Assembly (NCBI GenBank): GCA_027065245.1
Contig: JAMOOS010000152.1
Location: 1-45,228, forward strand
DNA: 45,228 nt
Direction of reading: 5' to 3'
Source of the DNA: Desulfuromonadaceae bacterium
GTDB lineage: Bacteria > Desulfobacterota > Desulfuromonadia > Desulfuromonadales > Desulfuromonadaceae
Part shown: positions 27,205-37,136 of the stretch, piece after piece
Position numbering within the stretch: the stretch's first letter is position 1
Layout of the letters: each line of letters begins with the position of its first letter
The notes under the pieces: model-generated
Database searches by the model: none
Seen by the model: only the letters and a program-made list of their open reading frames with translations
Told to the model about the DNA's origin: nothing
Position numbers and translations under genes: made by a program

Positions 27205-28487
27205 CGGCTTTCGCACCAGTGGCGCAAAAAGGCCCTGGCCTGGGCGTCATCGCTTACCGTGCCGTCGATTTCGGCCTGAAACAGATGGCGGTAGAACTCA
27301 CCTAAACTGGCGCCGCGGCAACCGCTGCAGTACTGCTCCACATACGCGGCACACAGCAGCGGCATTATACGCCCATCAACGGCGCAACGCTTCCAGCCGT
27401 CATATAACTCAACTACAGTACCGGGCAGCGCCGCATCGGCGGTAAGCAACAGGGCAAACAAACCTTCCGGCAGGGGCATACCCAGGTGCTGCAACCATAG
27501 CAGCCGCCCCCGCTCACCGCAGGCCAGCCGCGCCAACTGCCGCCCCAGGTGTGCCGGTGCCTTGGCGTAGAATTCCAGTAACTGCGCCAGGGTACGTTTA
27601 CAGTGCAGACGGCGGATAAACGCGACCACCGCTCCTTCGGTATCGGTGCAGCAACGCAGCATGGCGGCCAAGCGCAGCGCCGCTGCCACGCTGAAACTGT
27701 CGCCGCAACGCCGCTGCACCTCATCGGCCAGAGTCGGCGCGGCCGCCACCATCTGCCGCAAATGCTCATCGACAGCAGCGCAGGCTGCCACCACCGTTTC
27801 AGCCGCCGCCGTCAACCCCATGGCAGCGGCCACGCCATTATCGAACAAATGGCGCAGCGCCACGGCAATGTCATCACAGGAAAACAGCTTGCGCAGTTCT
27901 TCGCGCAGCCGTTCGCCACTGACATTATTAAGCAGCGGCGCGCACCGCGCGAACGCCGCCACTGTTTCATTCTGCGGCCGCAAGTCGAATTGCGCCACAT
28001 GGCGAATCCCCTTGAGAATTCGCGCCGGGTCTTCAACAAAGCTGGCGCCGCTGCACATACGCAACCGCCGCTGACGCAGATCATCCACACCACCCAGCGG
28101 ATCAAACAGGGGCGCAGCCATGCCGGGAACAAGGGGCAGAGCCATGGCGTTGATGGTAAAATCACGGCGCAGCAGATCGGCCTCGATATCACGCCCCTGC
28201 AGTGGGGCGAAATCAAACTGCACCTGGCGCCTTGCCCGCCCCACCACGCGAAAATATCCGCGCTGCTTATCCAGAGAGAAACAACTGCCGTCCACGGCAG
28301 CGGCAAAGGCGTAGGCCAGATCACGCACGCCGTGGGCACAGGCCACATCGACATCGTTACCGGCCACGCCGAGCAATGCATCGCGCACACAGCCGCCCAC
28401 CAGCCAGGCGTCAATATCCTCCGCCGCCGCCAGACGCGCCAGCACCGTTACGTCTGCATCGGCACGCAGTTGCTCTCCATCACACAT
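27201..28487 (-). CDS. Class II tRNA nucleotidyltransferase/poly(A) polymerase family protein (probably CC-adding type)
   Basis: Motifs LVGGCVRD, DVD, DLLRRDFTINA, DPLGG..DL, EDPARI, SGERLREEL. Confidence 0.85.
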   Translation of the reverse strand: MCDGEQLRADADVTVLARLAAAEDIDAWLVGGCVRDALLGVAGNDVDVACAHGVRDLAYAFAAAVDGSCFSLDKQRGYFRVVGRARRQVQFDFAPLQGRDIEADLLRRDFTINAMALPLVPGMAAPLFDPLGGVDDLRQRRLRMCSGASFVEDPARILKGIRHVAQFDLRPQNETVAAFARCAPLLNNVSGERLREELRKLFSCDDIAVALRHLFDNGVAAAMGLTAAAETVVAACAAVDEHLRQMVAAAPTLADEVQRRCGDSFSVAAALRLAAMLRCCTDTEGAVVAFIRRLHCKRTLAQLLEFYAKAPAHLGRQLARLACGERGRLLWLQHLGMPLPEGLFALLLTADAALPGTVVELYDGWKRCAVDGRIMPLLCAAYVEQYCSGCRGASLGEFYRHLFQAEIDGTVSDDAQARAFLRHWCESR

Positions 28488-28501
28488 AAATTACGCAACC
28501 C

Positions 28502-29407
28502 TCAGCAAGAAGCCGGTTTTTCCTCCACCGGAACCAACTGAATATCCGCCTGTTCTTTGCGCTCCTCCACCCAGCGGTACAGCATTCTGGCTCCTTCCTG
28601 CTCTTTGAGAAAACTGGCGATCTGATCTGCCACCTCCTCGTAGGCAAGTTTCTGCTCCTCCTGATATTCGTGCACCTTGATCAGGTGGTACCCAAAAGGG
28701 GTCTGCACCACATCGCTGATCTCCCCCGGCTTGAGGGCAAAGGCCGCTTCCTCAAACTCTTTGACCATGGAGCCGGTACCAAAGAAACCAAGATCGCCGC
28801 CCTTTTCGCGGCTGGGACATACCGAGTTGGCTAGGGCCAGTTCCGCAAAGTTGGAACCGTCCGGCAACAGTTGCTCTTTGATGGCGTTGATTTTCTCCAG
28901 CGCCGCCGGTCGATCCTCGTCACTGACACATTTGACCAGAATATGGCTGGCGCGCACCTGGCGCGGCTTGCGCATGTTGTCCGGATGGGCAGCATAAAAT
29001 TCGCGTTTCTCCTCCTCGCCAGGCTCCGGGGCCTGGGAAATTTTATCGGTCATCATGTTCACCGAGATATCCTGACGCAGCATGCGGTAGTAGTCGTCCT
29101 GAGTTACACCAGCCTTTTCCAGCGTGGCATAGAACTCTTCCACGGTAGGAAAGTTGGCCTGCACTTTGGCGGTTTCCGCCGCAATCTGCTCATCGGTGGC
29201 GACAATCCCCTCGGCCAGCGCCCCCTGGTAGATCAGCTCACGGGCGATGATGCGCTCAATGGCGATCTCCTGCACCTTCTCCGTTTCCTCCTCGTTGAGC
29301 TGATCGGCCGGTTTGCGGTACAGCTCCATGGCATAACTCTGCATGGCATTGATAAAATCGAACTGGCTGATGGCGGTACCGTTGACCGAAACTGTGTGTA
29401 CTTGCAC
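28502..29407 (-). CDS. PpiC/parvulin peptidyl-prolyl isomerase with SurA-like N-terminal domain
   Basis: VRASHILV, FAELA..NS.CPS..KGGDLGFF, MVKEFEEAAF, TPFGYHLIKV. Likely GTG start at 29407 after AAAGGAG. No signal peptide seen. Confidence 0.88.
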   Translation of the reverse strand: MQVHTVSVNGTAISQFDFINAMQSYAMELYRKPADQLNEEETEKVQEIAIERIIARELIYQGALAEGIVATDEQIAAETAKVQANFPTVEEFYATLEKAGVTQDDYYRMLRQDISVNMMTDKISQAPEPGEEEKREFYAAHPDNMRKPRQVRASHILVKCVSDEDRPAALEKINAIKEQLLPDGSNFAELALANSVCPSREKGGDLGFFGTGSMVKEFEEAAFALKPGEISDVVQTPFGYHLIKVHEYQEEQKLAYEEVADQIASFLKEQEGARMLYRWVEERKEQADIQLVPVEEKPASC

Positions 29408-29420
29408 TGGTTTTACTCCT

Positions 29421-30239
29421 TTAATCGGGCTCGTTTTCTGTAGATATCGCCTGCTGCAGAGCCGCAGCAAGCGAAGCGAATTCTTCTATTGTCAGGGTTT
29501 CCCCGCGCCGTTTCAGATCAATGGCGGCATCTGTAGCCGCTGTTTCCAGCACCGCAACGGAAAAACCGGCGCTGAGCAGACAGTTGCGCAGCGTTTTGCG
29601 CCGCTGGGCAAAGGCACCCTTTACCACGCGGCGAAAAAACGCCTCGTCGGCGATGGCTACCAGCGGCTGGCGCCGCCGCGTAAAACACAACACCTCCGAA
29701 GTTACCTTGGGCGGTGGCCGAAACGCCGTCGGCGGCACCACCACCACGCTGCTCACGGCAAACCACAGCTGAGACAAGATGGTCAAGGCACCGTAATCAC
29801 GACTACCAGCCACGGCACGCAGGCGGTCGGCCACTTCTTTCTGAAACATCAGCACCATGCGGCTGAAACGGTCACGATGCTGAATCATCTTGAACAGCAC
29901 CTGGCTGGAGATATTATAGGGTAGGTTGGCCACCAGCTTGTATTCCGCCCCGGCAACGAGGATCTTCTCCCAGTCCAGCTTGAGGGCGTCACCTGTGTGC
30001 AGATGCAAACGGGAATTATCCAGATCGGCAAACGGGCGCGCCAGATCACGGTCGATCTCGATCACATCCACCCGTCCGGCCAGTGGCAGCATCTTCAACG
30101 TCAGCGCCCCCTGCCCGGGACCGATCTCAAGAACGTTATCGTTACTGTTCAGTTCGGCGGCAGCGATAATGGCGTCTATCACGTTACCGTCGCAAAGAAA
30201 ATTCTGGCCAAAACGCTTACGCGCCCGATGGGTCTGCAT
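29421..30239 (-). CDS. rsmA: 16S rRNA m6(2)A1518/1519 dimethyltransferase
   Basis: KRFGQNFL, LEIGPGQG, VANLPYNIS, MFQKEV, QRRKTLRN. Confidence 0.96.
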   Translation of the reverse strand: MQTHRARKRFGQNFLCDGNVIDAIIAAAELNSNDNVLEIGPGQGALTLKMLPLAGRVDVIEIDRDLARPFADLDNSRLHLHTGDALKLDWEKILVAGAEYKLVANLPYNISSQVLFKMIQHRDRFSRMVLMFQKEVADRLRAVAGSRDYGALTILSQLWFAVSSVVVVPPTAFRPPPKVTSEVLCFTRRRQPLVAIADEAFFRRVVKGAFAQRRKTLRNCLLSAGFSVAVLETAATDAAIDLKRRGETLTIEEFASLAAALQQAISTENEPD

Positions 30240-30242
30240 AAT

Positions 30243-30728
30243 TTATTTACCGTTCTGTTGGCGACGCGGCCAGCGGGTGATACGCAAGGTGCGCAGATTG
30301 GGCAGCAACCGTACCACCAGTGCGTAGGAAACCGGCGCCAATAACACGCCAAACAAAATACTTCCGCTCCACAGCGGCACCAGCAGATCGTAACCGAATT
30401 TAGTCAACACATCAGAAGTGAGATGTTGTGGAAATGCAACGCGCTCGACACCAAGCAATAACCGCCCCACCTCGTACTCCACGCCATAGATAAACGGTGC
30501 CGTCACCGGATTGGAAATCCACACCGCAATGGCGGCCGCGATCTTGTTCTGACGCAAAATCAGGGCAAAAAATACCGCTATCAACATCTGCCCACCCATG
30601 GTGGGCGTCATGCCGATGAAGATTCCCAGGGCGAACCCGCGCGCAATTTCCTCCGGCTGCGCCCGCAGTCGTAACAGGCGCAGCAATTGCAGTTTTCCCT
30701 GGCGGATAAAGCCCCAGCGTCGCCACAT
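30243..30728 (-). CDS. DUF2062 domain membrane protein
   Basis: PEEIARGFALGIFIGMTP..G.Q, NKIAA...WISNPVT..IY motifs. Confidence 0.82.
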   Translation of the reverse strand: MWRRWGFIRQGKLQLLRLLRLRAQPEEIARGFALGIFIGMTPTMGGQMLIAVFFALILRQNKIAAAIAVWISNPVTAPFIYGVEYEVGRLLLGVERVAFPQHLTSDVLTKFGYDLLVPLWSGSILFGVLLAPVSYALVVRLLPNLRTLRITRWPRRQQNGK

Positions 30729-30733
30729 CCGTC

Positions 30734-31777
30734 CTACTCCTCTGCCGCCGCCAACCCCTGCAACGGGGCGGTAACAGTTTGTAACGGCCAGTTGGCCCGC
30801 GCGTTGAGATCAAGTGGCGAAGTATAGCCATGTTCCAGATAATAATTACCGGCCACCGCCAACATGGCGGCGTTATCGGCGCACAGCAGCGGCGACGGGA
30901 AAAACACTTCCATGCCTCTGGCCGTCAGGCGCCGCTCGCACTCGTGGCGCAAAGCGCTGTTGCACGCCACTCCCCCGGCGACAACAACCCGCTCCAGATC
31001 GTTATCCTGCGCAGCGCGCAGTGCCTTGCTCACCAGCACCTCCACCGCCGCCGCCTGAAACCCGGCGGCAATATCACATAACGTCTGTTCGTCCAGCGGC
31101 TGCGGCAGTTTTTTTACCTGGTTTAGCACTGCCGTTTTGATACCGCTGAAGCTGAAATTGCACCCCGGTTTGTGCAGCATGGGGCGGGGAAATTTAAACC
31201 GTTGCGCATCACCGCGCTGCGCCAGCTTGTCTATAACCGGCCCGCCGGGATAACCCAGCCCGGTCATCTTGGCAACTTTATCAAAGGCCTCGCCGACAGC
31301 ATCATCCAGAGTTTGGCCGATGAGCTGATAGCTGCCGATGGCATCAACGCGGTACAAGTGGGTATGTCCGCCGGATACCGCCAGAGCCAGAAAAGGAAAC
31401 TCCACCCGCTGCTCCAGCAATATCGCCAGAATATGCCCTTCGATGTGATGCACCCCAACCAGCGGCACCCTGCGGGCGTAAGCCAGCGCCGTCGCCGTGG
31501 ATACTCCCACCAGTAAAGCGCCGATAAGACCGGGACCACAGGTTACCGCCACCCCTTCCACCTGTTCCAGCGTTGCGCCGCCCTGGCGCAACGCCTGCTC
31601 AATCACCAGCGGACAGGCGCGCAGATGCTGTCGCGCCGCCAGTTCCGGCACAACACCACCGTACTCGGCGTGAATATCCACCTGCGAGGCGATGACGTTG
31701 CCAAGCACCTGGCGACCGTCGCGCACCAGCGCCGCCGCAGTCTCATCGCACGAAGACTCTATAGCCAGAACAAGCAT
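30734..31777 (-). CDS. tsaD: tRNA N6-adenosine threonylcarbamoyltransferase
   Basis: IESSCDETA, GGVVPELA, GPGL, HHIEGH, SGGHT, DDAVGEAFDK, FSFSGIKT, DNAAM. Confidence 0.97.
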   Translation of the reverse strand: MLVLAIESSCDETAAALVRDGRQVLGNVIASQVDIHAEYGGVVPELAARQHLRACPLVIEQALRQGGATLEQVEGVAVTCGPGLIGALLVGVSTATALAYARRVPLVGVHHIEGHILAILLEQRVEFPFLALAVSGGHTHLYRVDAIGSYQLIGQTLDDAVGEAFDKVAKMTGLGYPGGPVIDKLAQRGDAQRFKFPRPMLHKPGCNFSFSGIKTAVLNQVKKLPQPLDEQTLCDIAAGFQAAAVEVLVSKALRAAQDNDLERVVVAGGVACNSALRHECERRLTARGMEVFFPSPLLCADNAAMLAVAGNYYLEHGYTSPLDLNARANWPLQTVTAPLQGLAAAEE

Positions 31778-31810
31778 ATAATCAAATAGATACAGTAAAT
31801 AGTTAAAGGT

Positions 31811-33127
31811 TTACAGCAAGTCTGCAGCCAGCGCCGCCAACCCGGAACGCTCTCCCCGGCTCAAGGTTACATGACCGGATATCTCCTGCCCCTTGAACTT
31901 TTCCACCGTGTAGGCGAGACCGTTGCTGGAAGCATCGATATACGGATTGTCGATCTGCTGCGGATCGCCGGTGAGAACGATTTTGGTCCCTTCACTGGCG
32001 CGGGTTACAATGGTTTTAATCTCGTGGGGAGTAAGGTTCTGCGCTTCGTCGATAATCATATACTGGCGCGGAATGGACCGGCCACGGATATAGGTGAGCG
32101 GCTCAATCTCCATAATGCCCATATCCACCAGCTCCTTGTAGCCGCGTTTATGCTTGCCGTGATCCTCCACCGAGGCCAGCAGCAGCTCAACATTATCAAA
32201 TATCGGCTGCATCCACGGCGCCAGTTTTTCCTCCACATCACCGGGGAGAAAACCGAGATCGCGCCCCATGGGGAACACCGGCCGCGACACCAACAGGCGC
32301 TTGTAAGCCCCTTCGTCCGCCACTTTCTGCAGTCCGGCAGCAATGGCCAGCAGCGTTTTGCCGGTACCGGCCTTGCCCACCAGCGACACCAGTTTGATGT
32401 TGTCGTCCAGCAACAGATCGAGGGCGAACTGCTGTTCGCGATTGCGGGCGTTGATCCCCCACAGCCCCTCCTTGCCAATCTTGATCAGCGGCAGCAGCCG
32501 TTTTTCGTCGGCATGGTAGCGCGCCAGTGCCGTATGAGAAGTGTTGCCCTCGTCAACCAGGGTAACGCACTGGTTGGGACGCAACTGCAGCGTTTCCGCT
32601 TCCAGATAACCCTGGCCGTAAAAGCGGTCGACATCACTCGATGGCAGGGGCAACTCACTCAGGCCGGAGTACAGCTCCTCGATGGAAACTTTATCGTTTT
32701 CATAGTCTTCTGCGGTAAGACCAAGAGCGTTGGCCTTGATACGCAGGTTGGTATCCTTGGTGACAAACACCACCTTGGAATCGCTGTTGTTCAGTGCCAC
32801 CGCCAGAGCGAGGATACGATTATCGGCTCGGTCGATGTTGAGTGCCGGCGGGATATTCTCCTTCATCTGGCGAGTATACAGCAGCACTCGCAACGTACCG
32901 CCGTTATCCATCTGTACCCCGTCAGTAAGGCAGCCTTTGTCGCGCATGGCATCGAGCATCCGCGATACATGACGGGCATTGCGACCAATCTCGTTGAGAT
33001 CCTTTTTGAAAGTATCTATCTCTTCTATAACAGTAATCGGAATACATACCTCGTTATCGTGAAACTTAAGATACGCTTGGGGATCGTGCAGCAATACATT
33101 GGTATCAAGAACAAAAATTTTAGCCAT
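31811..33127 (-). CDS. PIN-domain + PhoH ATPase protein (PhoH2/YlaK-like)
   Basis: N-terminal VLDTNVL...EEID...DNRIL...TKD PIN motifs, then GKAGTGKT, GFLPG, YIRGRS, IDEAQN, GDPQQID. Start set at ATG 33127. Confidence 0.92.
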   Translation of the reverse strand: MAKIFVLDTNVLLHDPQAYLKFHDNEVCIPITVIEEIDTFKKDLNEIGRNARHVSRMLDAMRDKGCLTDGVQMDNGGTLRVLLYTRQMKENIPPALNIDRADNRILALAVALNNSDSKVVFVTKDTNLRIKANALGLTAEDYENDKVSIEELYSGLSELPLPSSDVDRFYGQGYLEAETLQLRPNQCVTLVDEGNTSHTALARYHADEKRLLPLIKIGKEGLWGINARNREQQFALDLLLDDNIKLVSLVGKAGTGKTLLAIAAGLQKVADEGAYKRLLVSRPVFPMGRDLGFLPGDVEEKLAPWMQPIFDNVELLLASVEDHGKHKRGYKELVDMGIMEIEPLTYIRGRSIPRQYMIIDEAQNLTPHEIKTIVTRASEGTKIVLTGDPQQIDNPYIDASSNGLAYTVEKFKGQEISGHVTLSRGERSGLAALAADLL

Positions 33128-33144
33128 AACATCAGTCTCCATGA

Positions 33145-34302
33145 TTAAGTTGTGCCGCGTACAATCTCAGTCAACGCTCTGGATAGACAATCAATATCAG
33201 CACTGGTATTAAAATAACCCGGGCTGACCCGCACCGTTCCATGGGGAAAAGTACCGATACTGCGGTGGGCATCACCACTGCAATGCAGGCCGGGTCGCAC
33301 AGCAATGTTGTAGTGGTGATCAAGCAGAAAAGCGATTTCGGCACTGTCACGCTGACGCACCACAAACGACAGCACCGCCCCTTCCACCTGCTTGGGACCA
33401 AACATCTGTATCTGTGGTATGGCGGCCAGCGCGTTACGCAGCTGACGCACCAGCGCCTGTTCATGCCGACACACCCGCTCAACTCCCGTCTGCGTTACAA
33501 ACTCTACTCCCGCCGTCAGTGCCGCCAGCGCCGGTGTATTCAGAGTGCCGCTTTCCAATCGCTCCGGCAGTTCCTGCGGCTGCTCCAGGCTGCTGGAATG
33601 GGTGCCGGTGCCACCGTAAATGAGTGGCTGCAACTCCAGTGACGGCGCCACGTACAAAAAACCGCTACCCTGCGGGCCAAACAAACCCTTGTGTCCTGGC
33701 GCCGCCAGCAGATCGATAGCCATCTGCTGCACATCTATGGCAAATACACCGGCACTTTGCGCCGCATCCACCATAAAAAAAACACCGTTGTCACGACACC
33801 ACGGCCCCACCTCTGCCACCGGCTGCAACGTCCCGGTAACATTGGAGCAGTGATTCATCACCACCAGTTTTGTCGCCCTGCCGCAAGCATCGCGCACCGC
33901 AGCGGCAGAAACCCGTCCGGTACTGTCGGCAGCCACCTTGATTACCCGTACCCCTCGCTGCTGCAACGCAAACAGCGGCCGGGCCACGGCATTGTGCTCC
34001 ATAGTGGTGGTTACCACCTCATCGCCGGGCTGCAACAGGCCAAACAGTGCCATATTGATGGCCTCCGTGGCATTGGCGGTAAATACCACCCGGGCACAGT
34101 CGGAAATATTGAACAGCCGCGCCACTGCCAGACGAGCGTTGAGAACATGCTGCGCCGCCCGCTGCGCCAAACGGTGCCCGCCGCGACCGGGATTGGCGCA
34201 ACAGTGGCGTGCCACTTCATCGTATTTCTGATACACCTGCTCAGGCTTGGGAAAAGAGGTCGCCGCGTTATCCAGATAAACTATGGCTGATTCGTCTTGC
34301 AC
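33145..34302 (-). CDS. Cysteine desulfurase family protein (class V PLP enzyme)
   Basis: YLDNAATSFPKP, NATEA, EHNAV, DAAQSAG, PGHKGL, RPGLHC. GTG start at 34302 is a best guess. Confidence 0.88.
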   Translation of the reverse strand: MQDESAIVYLDNAATSFPKPEQVYQKYDEVARHCCANPGRGGHRLAQRAAQHVLNARLAVARLFNISDCARVVFTANATEAINMALFGLLQPGDEVVTTTMEHNAVARPLFALQQRGVRVIKVAADSTGRVSAAAVRDACGRATKLVVMNHCSNVTGTLQPVAEVGPWCRDNGVFFMVDAAQSAGVFAIDVQQMAIDLLAAPGHKGLFGPQGSGFLYVAPSLELQPLIYGGTGTHSSSLEQPQELPERLESGTLNTPALAALTAGVEFVTQTGVERVCRHEQALVRQLRNALAAIPQIQMFGPKQVEGAVLSFVVRQRDSAEIAFLLDHHYNIAVRPGLHCSGDAHRSIGTFPHGTVRVSPGYFNTSADIDCLSRALTEIVRGTT

Positions 34303-34466
34303 AGGCGCTATAATTCTCCCGCAACGGATGGAAACAGATCGGTAGGTAAAACCGGGTGCAACGCACCACACTCACTGCGCTAAAGGTAGCACTATTCCAC
34401 CCGCTATAGCAACTTGCAATTAAAGCTACTGACAGCGTCGGCCAATAATCGTTATCATGTTGACAT

Positions 34467-34516
34467 ATACAACATATTGTGGTTTACATCACTGCTGCAC
34501 ACACAATACAGTATAT
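34467..34516 (+). promoter_or_regulatory. NrdR box (one good, one degenerate) upstream of nrdJ
   Basis: atacaacatattgtgg (34467-34482) fits the acaCwAtATaTwGtg consensus and abuts TTGACA (34460-34465). A weaker second site lies ~32 nt downstream. Confidence 0.7.
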
Positions 34517-34544
34517 AATCACATAATCGAGGCAGGAACATACC

Positions 34545-36767
34545 ATGACAGAAAAAAACAGCAACGACATTCCGGCTCTATCTCGCAACGCCCTCACCGT
34601 ACTGCAGCGCCGCTATCTAAGGCGCGATGAAAACGGCGCGGTTCTGGAAACTCCGGCCAACATGTTTCGCCGTGTGGCCAAAGCCATCGCCGCGGCAGAG
34701 GAAAAATTTACCGCCGGTGCAGACAGTACCCGACTGGAAGAGGAATTTTACGCCATGATGGCCGCGCTGGAATTTATGCCCAACTCCCCCACTCTAATGA
34801 ACGCCGGGCGCGAACTCGGCCAACTGTCGGCCTGTTTCGTCCTGCCGGTGGATGACTCCATGGAGAGCATCTTTGAGGCGATAAAAAACACCGCTCTCAT
34901 CCACAAAAGCGGCGGCGGCACCGGCTTCTCCTTCAGCCGTATCCGTCCGGCCAACGATGTAGTGCTGTCCACCAAGGGGGTTTCATCCGGGCCGTTATCA
35001 TTTATGAAGGTGTTTGACGCCGCCACCGAAACCATCAAGCAGGGCGGTACCCGGCGCGGCGCCAACATGGGCATTCTGCGCGTCGATCATCCAGACATCA
35101 TGGATTTCATCATGTGCAAGCGCGATCAGACCACTTTGAACAACTTCAACATCTCGGTGGGGCTGACAGAAGAGTTTATGCATGCCGTTGAGCACAACGA
35201 AGAGTACGACATCATCAATCCGCGTACCGGCGCGGTGTGCAACCGATTGGCAGCGGCCAAGGTTTTCGATCACATTGTCGATCTGGCCTGGAACAACGGC
35301 GAACCGGGCATCATCTTCCTCGACCGCATCAACCGCGACAACCCCACCCCCCATATCGGTGAGATAGAGAGCACCAACCCGTGCGGCGAGCAACCGCTGC
35401 TGCCGTACGAATCGTGCAACCTCGGCTCCATCAACCTGGCCACCATGGTGGCAGACGGTGAGATCGACTGGGACAAGCTGCGCCTTTGCGTTGAGCGGGC
35501 GGTGCGTTTTCTCGACAATGTCATCGAGGTAAACAACTATCCCATCGAGCAGATTCGCGAGATGTCGCTGGCCAACCGCAAAATCGGCCTGGGCATCATG
35601 GGCTGGGCCGATATGCTTATCATGCTGGGAATCTCCTACCGCGACGAGGAAGCCGCCGAGCTGGGTGCCAAGGTGATGAAATTCATCAACGACAGCGCCC
35701 ACGCCACCTCGCATAAACTGGCGCAGGAACGCGGCGCCTTCCCCAATTTTGCCGGCAGCCGCTACGATAGCGACGGCAGCGGGCCGATACGCAACGCCAC
35801 CTGCACCACCATCGCCCCCACCGGCACCATCTCCATCATCGCCAACTGCTCCAGCGGTATCGAACCGCTGTTTGCCGTTTCCTACGTTCGCCAGGTACTC
35901 GACGACGATATTCTGGTGGAGGTGAATCCGCTGTTCGAAAAGATCGCCCGCCAGCAGGGTTTTTACTCCGACGAGCTGATGAAACTCATCGCCGAAAAAG
36001 GCTCCATCCGCGACTTCGACCAGATTCCGGCGGAAATCCGGCGCATATTTGTCACCGCCCACGATATTACCCCGGCGGAGCACGTGCGCATGCAGGCGGC
36101 GTTTCAGCGCTACACCGACAACGCCGTCTCCAAAACAGTCAACTTCTGCAACAGCGCCAGCCGCGACGACGTGGCCGAGGTTTACCGCCTGGCCTACGAA
36201 AGCGGCTGCAAAGGGATCACCATCTATCGCGACGGCTCACGCGACCATCAGGTTTTGTCGGTAAAAAAAGATAACAACGGCACAGAGGAGATCAGCGTCC
36301 CGGCAGAAAGTGGCAAAAACAGCCGCAAACGGGATCGGCCCCGCACCCTTACCGGCGCCACCTATCAGATGGAAACCGGCTGCGGGCCACTATATGTCAC
36401 CATCAACGAAGATTCGCACGGCCTGTTTGAAGTGTTCACCACCATGGGCAAGGCCGGCGGCTGCGCCGCTTCCCAGTGCGAGGCTCTGGGACGGCTGGTA
36501 TCGCTATCGTGGCGCAGCGGCGTCCAGGCACGCCAGACGGTAAAACAACTGGTGGGAATCTCCTGCCACAAACCGGCCGGGTACGGTGCCAACCGCATCA
36601 CCTCCTGCGCCGACGCCCTGGCCAAGGCGATACTGTTGCACATGCAGGCAGAAAAAGAACCCACCGCCGGCGAGCTCAGCGGCGCCTGCCCCGAATGCGG
36701 CGGCCCGGTAGAACACGAAGGCGGCTGCAGCGTCTGCCACGCCTGCGGCTACTCTGAGTGTGCCTGA
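34545..36767 (+). CDS. nrdJ: Adenosylcobalamin-dependent (class II) ribonucleotide reductase
   Basis: PNSPTLMN, SACF, GGGTG, RRGANM, TNPCGEQPL, CNLGS, TIAPTGT, KGITIYRDGSR, a C-terminal TSCPD-like domain (ITSCAD) and a CPECG...CHACG zinc ribbon. Confidence 0.95.
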   Translation: MTEKNSNDIPALSRNALTVLQRRYLRRDENGAVLETPANMFRRVAKAIAAAEEKFTAGADSTRLEEEFYAMMAALEFMPNSPTLMNAGRELGQLSACFVLPVDDSMESIFEAIKNTALIHKSGGGTGFSFSRIRPANDVVLSTKGVSSGPLSFMKVFDAATETIKQGGTRRGANMGILRVDHPDIMDFIMCKRDQTTLNNFNISVGLTEEFMHAVEHNEEYDIINPRTGAVCNRLAAAKVFDHIVDLAWNNGEPGIIFLDRINRDNPTPHIGEIESTNPCGEQPLLPYESCNLGSINLATMVADGEIDWDKLRLCVERAVRFLDNVIEVNNYPIEQIREMSLANRKIGLGIMGWADMLIMLGISYRDEEAAELGAKVMKFINDSAHATSHKLAQERGAFPNFAGSRYDSDGSGPIRNATCTTIAPTGTISIIANCSSGIEPLFAVSYVRQVLDDDILVEVNPLFEKIARQQGFYSDELMKLIAEKGSIRDFDQIPAEIRRIFVTAHDITPAEHVRMQAAFQRYTDNAVSKTVNFCNSASRDDVAEVYRLAYESGCKGITIYRDGSRDHQVLSVKKDNNGTEEISVPAESGKNSRKRDRPRTLTGATYQMETGCGPLYVTINEDSHGLFEVFTTMGKAGGCAASQCEALGRLVSLSWRSGVQARQTVKQLVGISCHKPAGYGANRITSCADALAKAILLHMQAEKEPTAGELSGACPECGGPVEHEGGCSVCHACGYSECA

Positions 36768-36790
36768 TCGATCCTCTGCCATTGTCAATT

Positions 36791-36828
36791 AACAGAGCCC
36801 CCGACTGAAAACGGTCGGGGGCTCTGTT
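36791..36828 (+). terminator. Terminator hairpin after nrdJ
   Basis: aacagagcccccgact-gaaaac-ggtcgggggctctgtt. Confidence 0.8.
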
Positions 36829-36833
36829 GTCAT

Positions 36834-36865
36834 GAGAGTGTCGGATTTTCCGTGAATCTGCAGCA
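36834..36865 (-). repeat. Short remnant of the MITE-like element end
   Basis: gagagtgtcggattttccgtgaatctgcagca matches the reverse complement of 27004-27035 at 25/32 positions without gaps. Confidence 0.55.
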
Positions 36866-36879
36866 CGATAGTAGCAAAC

Positions 36880-36912
36880 AAAAAAGGCCTGATCATCTCT
36901 GATCAGGCCTTT
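36880..36912 (-). terminator. Rho-independent terminator of tRNA-Gly(GCC)
   Basis: aaaaaa-ggcctgatca-tctc-tgatcaggcc-ttt. Confidence 0.8.
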
Positions 36913-36921
36913 GATATTTTA

Positions 36922-36996
<75 letters not shown>

Positions 36997-37010
36997 TCAG
37001 GACGGGGATA

Positions 37011-37040
37011 CTTTTACCAAAAACCCCGGGTGGAAGTCAA
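37011..37040 (-). promoter_or_regulatory. Putative sigma70 promoter for tRNA-Gly(GCC)
   Basis: Minus strand TTGACT, 18-nt spacer, TGG-TAAAAG, preceded by A/T tracts resembling an UP element. Confidence 0.5.
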
Positions 37041-37136
37041 ACAAAAAAATCGTTTTTTTACAGATTTTTTTACCGCAACGCCAATAAGGCACCGCAGCGG
37101 TTAACATCAATAAAATCAAATGCATATCAGCGACAT

